Assembly: GCA_032718475.1 (NCBI GenBank)
Contig: JAUCBJ010002728.1
Span: 1-37,651 of the forward strand
Direction of reading: 5' to 3'
Source of the DNA: Nemertoderma westbladi
Lineage: Eukaryota > Animalia > Xenacoelomorpha
Length of the DNA: 37,651 bases
The position numbers and the translations under genes were made by a program. This document shows positions 26,715 to 36,779 of this stretch, piece after piece; positions within the stretch are counted from its first letter, which is position 1, and each line of letters starts with the position of its first letter. The notes beneath the pieces were generated by a model that saw only the letters and a list, made by a program, of their open reading frames with translations, had not been told where the DNA came from and ran no database searches.

Positions 26715-28688
26715 TTCGATCCTATTACACGCGAATGTCTGCGTGTGGAGACGCAAACGTGACCCTACCGGACAAACCTACATGGTTCGATCCTATTACA
26801 CGTGAAAGTCTGCGTGTGGAGACGCAAACGTGACCCTACCGGACAAACCTACATGGTTCGATCCTATTACACGTGAATGTCTGCGTTTCGAGACGCAAAC
26901 GTGACCCTACCGGACAAACCTACATGGTTCGATCCTATTACACGTGAATGTCTGCGTGTTGAGACGCAAACGTGACCCTACCGGACAAACCTACATGGTT
27001 CGATCCTATTACACGTGAATGTCTGCGTGTGGAAACGAAAACGTGACCTTACCGGACAAACCTATAAACTGTTCGATCATATTACACGTGAATGTCTGCG
27101 TGTGGAGACGCAAACGTGACCTTACCGGACAAACCTATAAACTGTTCGATCATATTACACGTGAATGTCTGCGTGTGGAGACGCAAACGTGACCCTACCG
27201 GACAAACCTACATGGTTCGATCCTATTACACGTGAATGTCTGCGTGTGGAGACGCAAACGTGACCCTACCGGACAAACCTACATGGTTCGATCCTATTAC
27301 ACGTGAATGTCTGCGTGTGGAAACGCAAACGTGACCTTACCGGACAAACCTATAAACTGTTCGATCCTATTACACGTGAATGTCTGCGTGTGGAAACGCA
27401 AACGTGACCTTACCGGACAAACCTATAAACTGTTCGACCATATTACACGTGAATGTCTGCGTGTGGAGACGCAAACGTGACCCTACCGGACAAACCTACA
27501 TGGTTCGATCCTATTACACGTGAATGTCTGCGTGTGGAAACGCAAACGTGACCTTACCGGACAAACCTATAAACTGTTCGATCCTATTACACGTGAATGT
27601 CTGCGTGTGTAAACGCAAACGTGACCTTACCGGACAAACCTATAAACTGTTCGATCATATTACACGTGAATGTCTGCGTGTGGAGACGCAAACGTGACCC
27701 TACCGGACAAACCTACACGGTTCGATCCTATTACACGTGAATGTCTGCGTGTGCAGACGCAAACGTGACCCTACCGGACAAACCTACATGGTTCGATCCT
27801 ATTACACGTGAATGTCTGCGTTTCGAGACGCAAACGTGACCCTACCGGACAAACCTACATGGTTCGATCCTATTACACGTGAATGTCTGCGTGTGGAAAG
27901 GCAAACGTGACCCTACCGGACAAACCTACACGGTTCGATCCTATTACACGTGAATGTCTGCGTGTGGAGACGCAAACGTGACCCTACCGGACAAACCTAC
28001 ACGGTTCGATCCTATTACACGTGAATGTCTGCGTGTGGAGACGCAAACGTGACCCTACCGGACAAACCTACACGGTTCGATTCTATTACACGTGAATGTC
28101 TGCGTGTGGAGACGCAAACGTGACCCTACCGGACAAACCTACATGGTTCGATCCTATTCCACGTGAATGTCTGCGTGTGGAAACGAAAACGTGACCTTAC
28201 CGGACAAACCTATAAACTGTTCGATCATATTACACGTGAATGTCTGCGTGTGGAGACGCAAACGTGACCTTACCGGACAAACCTATAAACTGTTCGATCA
28301 TATTACACGTGAATGTCTGCGTGTGGAGACGCAAACGTGACCCTACCGGACAAACCTACATGGTTCGATCCTATTACACGTGAATGTCTGCGTGTGGAGA
28401 CGCAAACGTGACCCTACCGGACAAACCTACATGGTTCGATCCTATTACACGTGAATGTCTGCGTGTGAAAACGCAAACGTGACCTTACCGGACAAACCTA
28501 CACGGTTCGATTCTATTACACGTGAATGTCTGCGTGTGGAGACGCAAACGTGACCCTACCGGACAAACCTACATGGTTCGATCCTATTCCACGTGAATGT
28601 CTGCGTGTGGAAACGAAAACGTGACCTTACCGGACAAACCTATAAACTGTTCGATCATATTACACGTGAATGTCTGCGTGTGGAGACA
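26715..28688. repeat. 71/73-bp minisatellite, ~27 copies
   Basis: Unit TTCGATCCTATTACACGTGAATGTCTGCGTGTGGAGACGCAAACGTGACCCTACCGGACAAACCTACATGG; the 73-bp variant ends ...CCTATAAACTG. Confidence 0.98.
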
Positions 28689-28917
28689 TTCACGGAGATT
28701 TTTCCCAAAATTCCATTAATTAATAGATCATGGGAGCGGAGATTCACTCTATTAAGTGTATTTGTGTGCGAGAATCTCCAATATATAGTCAATAGCCGAT
28801 AAAATTCATAAACTCATATATAAGGAGGATATTGACAATTAAAGAATTACTATTAAATAGCATCCCAGATCTGTATGCATGGGAATTACCCTAACTCTAC
28901 CGCTAGCTTTCCATAAT

Positions 28918-29030
28918 GTCACCATGGCAACAACCACGCTAGAATTAGAAGTGAGTTAAAAGAACAATAAAAAGCTTGCCCATTGAATAGCATACGGAAT
29001 AAATAGCACACCGCTAGTATCCAAGGATAC
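28918..29030. promoter_or_regulatory. Two RFX X-box-like palindromes
   Basis: GTCACCATGGCAAC (28918-28931) closely matches the X-box consensus GTTNCCATGGNAAC; GTATCCAAGGATAC (29017-29030) is similar. Confidence 0.4.
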
Positions 29031-29241
29031 ATAATAACAACGTGACATTCTGGAAGGCACTGACTAACGGACAAATGACCCGAATGTGTGATAAATTGTG
29101 TACCATTTGTGACAGTTACGTGGAATTTGTGCGTTTGTAAGTGAATGTTACTACTAAGGTGTGTTTACAGTAGCGAGTCGCAATTGTGAAAGTAACCCTA
29201 ACTCTCCAGTAAGAACCTGAAGTACATCTAAGCCTTTGGGA

Positions 29242-29386
29242 CGGACAGTGGAGTGACTTGTGCCAGTTATCGTTGTCGTTGTGTAGCTACATCGTTGGCG
29301 AAAGCACAGCGACGACGGTACATCGGCGCTGAGGATCTCGCACTGTCCGGGGGCAGAGAGGGGTAGGCAGCGACGCCCGCTCGCCT
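29242..29386 (+). other. GC-rich long RNA stem-loop plus second hairpin
   Basis: Nested pairings CGGACAGTG/CACTGTCCG, GAG/CTC, GTGCC/GGCGC and CGTTGTCGTTGTG/CACAGCGACGACG (G-U pairs on + strand), then a looser GGGC..GGG/CCC..GCCT hairpin. Confidence 0.6.
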
Positions 29387-29429
29387 AAATATAAACTCAT
29401 TATAATATGGATAAACTTATATAGCAGAT

Positions 29430-30950
29430 ATGATTGAGTTGATAGAAGATGATCTTGGTATCAGAGAGCGATATACTCTACCTTTACAAGCGTTTGTTGA
29501 TAGCTTGATACGTGGCGACGCTGGTCCAACTGCTGCGGAGGACGATGGTCGTTATATCGAACCGCCAATGTCCCAAGAGTAGCTCACGCGTGAGTTGGGC
29601 TATAGGAAATTCACCGCTCGCTATACGCATCGTAATGGTACGTATATGGACTTCTTAACTACTGGTCATCCTATCGACCTACACGATACGAACGATATAG
29701 ACACCAAAGGGAAATGGTTTATTTAAATATCATACCCAGCGGAAGCGGAACGATAAACTGAGACTCGAACACGAAAATTCTATTCGAAACCGACTCGAAA
29801 GTGCAGATGTCGAAGAGCCGGATAAACGCAGCGACTCCACCAAATACCTGGAATTCTTGAGAGAAACCTATCTCGATATTACCAGTCAACAGAATCTAGA
29901 AACTCGATATCCTCAAGGTATACATCATGACCGCATGGTAGAACTCAAACGGCTCTATTCCACTATGATGTATCTTACCGCCGATCGACCGCTACCTGTT
30001 GTACCGGATAGCTTCGAACGAATGGAGGAATATTGTAAGCTGGAGAAAGATCACTCGCGTTTCCCCTACAAGACGTGCGTTTTTGGTATTATTGCGATGA
30101 ATGTCCAAGACCCAACCAACAAACGGAAAGACATAAACATCCGCGGAGACGTTGCTTTAAACACGGTTTTACTCGCTATATTTACGGGAGTTTCGAGCGA
30201 AACTTGTTCGATGTATCACCTACGCTCGTTCGACTCAGACGATCCTTAAATAAACCAATGATCAGAGTTTCGGAATACTCGATCAGATCTCCTCATTCCC
30301 TAGTGAGACCTCAGACTCTTGATCCTATTGGTATGACGGATCCTCCCGAGCTGTACTCACTACTCAAAGATCTAGTGTTACCTGAACAATTAGTCGGTGG
30401 CACCCCGGTTGTGGGCTTCCTAGATATTAGCCCATCCTACCTAGCCGGATTGGGACGCGGACATTTAATATCGCCGTTTAACCCTTACCATCGTCCCGGC
30501 TTAACACGATATAACCTGTCACCAAAGTGGCGGAGAGCGTTGTACCAAATGAGTTAGACGCTATTCTACAAAGATCAGAAAAGGAACTTACGCTTGTTCA
30601 GATAAACGTAAATTGCACTAGCAAGTCCAAGCGGTAAACAAAGTAACTATATCTCAGTTCGATCGGGAAATCCAGAATCTCTAAGAAGTTATCGAACTTG
30701 GACGATCCTATTCTCTGCGAGAGTTTTTGGATGAACGTATCCAGCTACGAGCGGAGGAAAATCAGCTCGAGGAGAAGCATATCGAAACGGCGGATACCTC
30801 TACCATAATCCTACACCTTCTGATGCAATCATATTGCACCCTTCACCCAGGAGTTATGGCCCTCCTAGTAAAGTGGCTCCCCCCAAAGAGAAAAGGACTC
30901 TTGCTAGCCTCAAAAAACTGCGTAAACGCCGTCTGCGTAAGAAAGGCTAA
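29430..30950 (+). pseudogene. Decayed intronless ORF(s) of unknown family, ~500 codons, with a coiled-coil-like segment and a basic C-terminal tail
   Basis: Protein-like stretches in shifting frames: MIELIEDDLGIRERY..., ETYLDITSQQNLETRYPQG..., DPPELYSLLKDLVLPEQ...GFLDISPSYL, FDREIQNL*EVIELG..FLDERIQLRAEENQLEEK and ...LASLKKLRKRRLRKKG*. Several stops and frameshifts. Confidence 0.5.
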
Positions 30951-31191
30951 CTGTTTAGAGTATTTTTATATTTTAGAAACTGTGATTTGTTATATTTTAT
31001 AGACTTAAATCCCATTTTCTGGGAGCGGTGTAAAGGCTTTTGCGGAATTGGCCGGTTATTTTCCCCGTAAAGTACTCTGTAGTTGGTTTAACAGGCATAA
31101 AAGGCCGTGTCCTTACTGTACTGGTGTTTTAGAGGACATAAAAGCCATTTCTTCTGTATGTGTACTTTAGCGGACATAATTAGCAATTCTA

Positions 31192-31316
31192 TGACGCAAT
31201 ACGCCGGATCCTCTTGAAACAGTGTAGCTAACATGACGACGGCTAACAGCTGATATTGCCACGTATAACATCTCTTTGTTCTTTGTTCTCTCTTTGTTCG
31301 GTCGACCAATCAGAGC
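31192..31316 (+). promoter_or_regulatory. Conserved promoter-like module upstream of ncRNA copy A
   Basis: TGACGCAA (31192), CAGCTG (31247), CTTTGTT x3 and CCAATCAGAGCG (31306). The same motifs occur in the same order upstream of copy B. Confidence 0.5.
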
Positions 31317-31429
31317 GTTTTTTGCCTCTGTGTTAGATTGTAGATAGAAACTCTTGGAGTTGAGTCAGTATGTGATTTTTCCACAGCCTACAACACCGGC
31401 GTGGAACCTCCGTGTTTCAGTCTTTAGTT

Positions 31430-32185
31430 CAACATTAGTAGGCTTAATTATAGAACGTATATCCGTTATCTCACTGATCATATCTCACTCAGTCACTCAT
31501 AATCATTCATAACTCAACATTACTGCTTTGCTGTCGGTTATTCATTATATTTGTTGATGTAATATTATATTTGGAATACTGATAAACAATCAGACACCCC
31601 AATCTTCTTGATATACTAAAGGTTAGAGAGACCGGATACATATAACGATTGCGACTTTCATTAAGTGGTTTGAAGTGAATCTAATGCTATTTTATAGGCC
31701 CTACACGTATTGTCTGTTGTTCTCCTTATATGTGACTAAAATTAGTGAAGGTCGGCAGATTAGTGTGCAGCATTGTGCAGTATTGTGTATGACTGTGATT
31801 GATAACGAAGCATCTCCTAAAGAATGCGCCATATACGTGAATCTATAGCCATCCCGTTGTGTCTAGTTTAAGTCATAACTCTGTTTATATATTTAAAGCG
31901 CCACGTCCTAAAGGAACTGTTAATATTTCCCGAAAGTGAATAATATTTGTCAGAGATTATATATACTAAGATCAGTCGAATAATACAGTAGGCCTATCCC
32001 GCAATACGATTAGGCTTCCGAATCCAGTCTCCCGGGTATATCCAGCGGGTGAATGATCGCGCATAGACTGGTTTCGGCTAATGTAGTGTATCAAATATTT
32101 GTCGTAGGCTAAAGACTATCTATTATCTAGAAGACATCCTAATTTGGCAGGTTAAACTGCTAAAGGTCTGAAAGCGCGAACATAA
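31430..32185 (+). ncRNA. Large structured ncRNA, copy A (telomerase-RNA-like paralog with altered template region)
   Basis: Homologous to 36780-37583 with indels (non-coding) and compensatory substitutions in at least five helical positions. ACA at 32180-32182. The 5' end is approximate. Confidence 0.7.
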
Positions 32186-34090
32186 CCAAATACCGTATTG
32201 AACTAAGTGAAATATAGAGCAAATCAATGCATCGAAGGGAAAAAGGGCAAATAAACAGATACAGTGAGCGGCCCTTGTTGACAGGTACCCTAGCGCAATC
32301 CCGTTTATTGTATCAGACCGGACATTTTGCCTTCATTTTTGCATGGTTTATTAAGTAACAAAAGGGAAAAATGAGCAAAGAAAATATGGCAACAGTGTTC
32401 AGTAAAACTGGACGGACAGGGACACAGACGGTGACTCGGTTTGCTTCAGTCGACGATGGATTAAAAGATTTATCATATCCATGCAGGAGATAACAACAAT
32501 AAACTTTAATTTGACATAAATGTATAATTAAACTGTGGAGGCCTACCTGTTAATAAATTTCACTTATATTTGTAATAGTACATGATTAAAATGTTCAAAT
32601 GAGCATCCATAAAATCCTTTCTTGCATACCGAACGCTGTTAATTTGACATAATATGTCAACTTAACAGCGTGAACATGCGTTAAAAGTGACCTTTGCAAG
32701 CAATGATATATTTATCATTGCTTGCAAAGGTCCCTTTTCAGCGTTAAAGACCCTTGTTTATTCATGTAAACCTCCCTCGCTTCGCTCACTCAGTACATAA
32801 ATAAACTCGGATCGTAAAGCTGCAAAGTGCTACTTTGCACACAATATTGTAAATAGTTATATATTATTTAATTAACGACAGTTACTTAGACTTTATTTAT
32901 TAACAATAATTAATTATTCAATTTATTTATATTATATTCTATCTATAATTCTGTAATTAATCTTTTTTTTTTCGTTTTACATTTTACAGTACTTCAAACT
33001 CCTCCTTACGTACTGTACTGTACTGTACTCTTTGTATTTTCCGGTGACATATAACTATTTGGATGATTTATTTATTTTAATGATAGACACAGATTGAGTT
33101 TTTACTGAGATTTTAGTTTTATGATTTAATTAATGTGCCCCAAATTTTTATCATTGCCGGTCGCCTGGCCTGCGGTATATATTTTGTCTGTCTATCTTTA
33201 AGCCTAATGTGTTGATTGACATACATATTTCATCAATAAAATATATATTCTAATCTTGAAGTGAGAGGGCTATTCGACACCTCCCGTTAAGGGTTAGAGT
33301 GGACTGTAGGAAGTTGAGTGAAAACCATTGAGAACCCGATGTGAACTGCCGGAACTAGTATATTATATCATAATTATGAATACATCAATAGGAAGTAGAT
33401 TATTAAGTGCACAGCTCACAAGGTTCAGAAATTACAGTAATTACTAATTACAAATAAAAATGCTGCTAAAAATATAAAAAATTTTACTGCTGTAAAAGTC
33501 AGGGGCATCGCACGCAGTGGGTGAAGATGCAAGAAGGTGAGGAAAGTGACGAATCAGTCCCATTTATTATAGCCAGACATTATGCAAATCGGGATCGGAA
33601 CGTCTGAATGCTGATTGGCCATAGCTCGTCGCTGATTGGTCCAAGCTACTGGTTGGCAGCTACTACTTACTACGCTTCGATCCTATTGCAATTATGGGCT
33701 GGTGGGGGCTGAGGTCAATGAATAGAACGTATCGGCGTATCGGCGTTTGGCAAACCAATTTGTTTGAAAAAGTTTCGATCCTATTACACGTGAATGTCTG
33801 CGTGTGGAGACGCAAACGTGACCCTACCGGACAAACCTACATGGTTCGATCCTATTACACGTGAAAGTCTGCGTGTGGAGACGCAAACGTGACCCTACCG
33901 GACAAACCTACATGGTTCGATCCTATTACACGTGAATGTCTGCGTTTCGAGACGCAAACGTGACCCTACCGGACAAACCTACATGGTTCGATCCTATTAC
34001 ACGTGAATGTCTGCGTGTTGAGACGCAAACGTGACCCTACCGGACAAACCTACATGGTTCGATCCTATTACACGTGAATGTCTGCGTGTG
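31903..34090. repeat. Segmental duplication, copy 2
   Basis: Near-identical to 24844-27030. Confidence 0.97.
33538..33639 (-). promoter_or_regulatory. Second copy of the CCAAT/octamer/TATA promoter
   Basis: Identical to 26479-26580; octamer at 33582-33589. Confidence 0.55.
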
Positions 34091-35070
34091 GAAACGCAAA
34101 CGTGACCCTACCGGACAAACCTATAAACTGTTCGATCCTATTACACGTGAATGTCTGCGTGTGGAAACGCAAACGTGACCCTACCGGACAAACCTATAAA
34201 CTGTTCGATCCTATTACACGTGAATGTCTGCGTGTGGAAACGCAAACGTGACCTTACCGGACAAACCTATAAACTGTTCGATCATATTACACGTGAATGT
34301 CTGCGTGTGGAGACGCAAACGTGACCCTACCGGACAAACCTACACGGTTCGATCCTATTACACGTGAATGTCTGCGTGTGCAGACGCAAACGTGACCTTA
34401 CCGGACAAACCTACATGGTTCGATCCTATTACACGTGAATGTCTGCGTTTCGAGACGCAAACGTGACCCTACCTGACAAACCTACATGGTTCGATTCTAT
34501 TACACGTGAATTTCTGCGTTTCGAGACGCAAACGTGACCCTACCTGACAAACCTACATGGTTCGATCCTATTACACGTGAATGTCTGCGTGTGGAGACGC
34601 AAACGTGACCCTACCGGACAAACCTACACGGTTCGATCCTATTACACGTGAATGTCTGCGTTTCGAGACGCAAACGTGACCCTACCGGACAAACCTACAC
34701 GGTTCGATTCTATTACACGTGAATTTCTGCGTGTGGAGACGCAAACGTGACCCTACCGGATAAACCTACATGGTTCGATCCTATTACACGTGAATGTCTG
34801 CGTTTCGAGACGCAAACGTGACCCTACCGGACAAACCTACATGGTTCGATCCTATTACACGTGAATGTCTGCGTGTGGAGACGCAAACGTGACCCTACCG
34901 GACAAACCTACATGGTTCGATCCTATTACATGTGAATGTCTGCGTTTCGAGACGCAAACGTGACCCTACCGGACAAACCTACATGGTTCGATCCTATTAC
35001 ACGTGAATGTCTGCGTGTGGAGACGCAAACGTGACCCTACCGGACAAACCTACACGGTTCGATCCTATTA
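33774..35070. repeat. 71/73-bp minisatellite, ~18 copies
   Basis: Same unit as 26715-28688. It ends at GATCCTATTA, where a retrotransposon tail begins. Confidence 0.98.
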
Positions 35071-35180
35071 TTATTATACTCTTTAATTCGGACTAGCCGA
35101 CAATACGGTCAATAAAATTTACGACATACATTTACAATTACTTCACAATGAAAAGTAGATTAATCACGACATAGAGGGTG

Positions 35181-35568
35181 AAATGAATAAAAACAATTGA
35201 ATTAAAGTTATTGAATATTCCGAATAAAATGATCTGGCTAAAAAAGCAGTAAAAATCTATCTAAAACCGATTAAAATACAACTAAGAGATGGCATAAAAT
35301 TCCTTTATTCGTTTCAGTTTTTCCATTATGTGACCTCTGGTGACCTCCAGTTTGGTATTGGTATTGAAACTAGCTTGACTAAATTAAAATACGTCCTTCA
35401 ATGATATGATATAAAATGGCAAACAAATGAATAAAAACAATTGAATTAAAGTTATTGAATATTCCGAATAAAATGATCTGGCTAAAAAAGCAGTAAAAAT
35501 CGATCTAAATCCGATTAAAATACGACTAAATGATGGCATAAAATTCCTTTATTCGTTTCATTTTTTCC
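35181..35568. repeat. ~144-bp direct duplication (35181-35324 / 35425-35568) flanking a ~100-bp insert
   Basis: AAATGAATAAAAACAATTGAATT...CCTTTATTCGTTTCA.TTTTTCC is present twice with a few differences. Confidence 0.92.
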
Positions 35569-36330
35569 CGCAATGTCAGCGATTGGAGGTCGAAGCAGGC
35601 CGCAATGAAATCAGCGTTCCCAATATCTGTGAAGGTCGGCGCGCCCATAACCATCCGGTTTACGATGGAGTCCTTCGCGTAGCGGTACATTAGAATGGAC
35701 TCGAGCCGTGGTAGAGGGTGCTCGGTGGAGGCGGCTCTGTAGCCGCCAAGAACCCCTGGGTAGGAGCCTCTCCCCCGTCTCCCGGACAGGCTGGCGATTG
35801 CTAGGGATGCAAACGTGCTCTGGAGGGCTTTGTTGGGGCACTCGTTGTACCGCACAAGTGTACCAACCGATAGCCGGAAAGCCTCCAGCGAGATGGGTTT
35901 CAGCTGGGTTAGGTGGTAGAGTGTTGAGTTCCCAATGTACGGTGCAACACACAGCAGACTCCTGAGGGCGTTCCTGTAAACCACGTCGAGTTTTCCCAAT
36001 TCAGTTTGAGTGAACGCCCCGATGTTGAGTTTCAATGAGTACAGGGCTGCCGGTAGAGCGACGGCGTGCCACAGGTTGGCAACGGTCGCCGCCGGCAGCC
36101 ACCGGGTCGTCCAGCCCTTCGCCTGGAACATCCGTGCGAGGGCGACTATCTTCTGGGCCGAGGCGCCCAGAGGGTTGGTCTGCGACTGGGCCAGGTTGTA
36201 GCCGAGGAAGGTCCAGGATTTACTGCGCGGGAACAGCGGTTTGCCAAGCCGGAGGAAGGACGGTTGGTGGCAATTCCTTTGGTTCGAAAATACCGTCCAC
36301 TTAATTTTACTAGATTCGACCGACAGTTTT
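35526..36330 (-). pseudogene. Reverse transcriptase thumb/C-terminal fragment
   Basis: In-frame upstream of the listed ORF: SSKIKWTVFS...SKSWTFLGYNL (the K..F and FLG motifs), followed by LWHAVALPAALYSL and LDVVYRNALRSLL, typical of non-LTR RT thumb regions. Confidence 0.8.
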
Positions 36331-36528
36331 ATATCATTGGCGGATGTAAAAGCCTTTGCTGAATTGCCCCGGTATTTTTATTATCTTTTACATTAAAATA
36401 CTCTGTAGTTGATTTAATAAGTGTAAGAGACCGTATTATTGCTGTATCGGTGTTTTTAGAGGATCTAAGACCTATTTCCTCCGTATGTGTACTGTGAAAG
36501 GCATATTTTATGATTCTATGGCAATTCG

Positions 36529-36653
36529 TGACGCAAAGGGGTGATAGCTACTCTTGAACAGTAGTTACTATGACTACGGTTAACAGCTGACATTCATACG
36601 TGTTGATTTCCTTTGTTCTACGGCGTCTCTCAGTTCAGTCAGCCAATTAGAGC
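36529..36653 (+). promoter_or_regulatory. Conserved promoter-like module upstream of ncRNA copy B
   Basis: TGACGCAA (36529), CAGCTG (36584), CTTTGTT and CCAATTAGAGCG (36643). Confidence 0.5.
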
Positions 36654-36779
36654 GTTTTTGTGGCTCCTTGTACAGAAAATTTCCGAGAAATGACGCAATG
36701 CCTATGTGCAGTGTTTACATTCAGTCCTGAGCCAAAGAAAGAACGGCTTGGAAGTATTTTGTGCTTTACTGTTTTAGCC

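Larger units (their letters stand above)
24844..27030. repeat. Segmental duplication, copy 1 (partner 31903-~34090, offset 7059 bp)
   Basis: Near-identical from ACGTCCTAAAGG through the first ~4-5 minisatellite units, with only a few substitutions seen. Confidence 0.97.
35066..36335 (-). mobile_element. 5'-truncated non-LTR retrotransposon with (TAA)n tail
   Basis: TATTATTATTAT tail at 35066-35078, AT-rich 3' UTR and a GC-rich RT C-terminal ORF. The 5' junction is uncertain (36290-36340). Confidence 0.8.

Noticed and set aside
28593-28802. 69-aa ORF
   Set aside because: It starts inside the minisatellite; chance read-through.
29296-29345. Hammerhead ribozyme (CTGAGGA and GAAA)
   Set aside because: Stems II and III cannot be formed around the core in the required order.
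29430-30950. Fanzor/TnpB nuclease or alternative genetic code
   Set aside because: GFLDIS only loosely resembles RuvC-I, and no zinc finger or RuvC-II/III motifs were seen. Frameshifts accompany the stops, so decay is the simpler explanation.
31945-31985. Group I intron R/S-like words (TCAGAGATTA, AAGATCAGTC)
   Set aside because: The S-like word is not conserved in copy B, there is no room for P3/P8, and no P7 pairing was found.
35611-36362. Overlapping ORFs in other frames and on the + strand
   Set aside because: Shadow ORFs of the GC-rich RT fragment.
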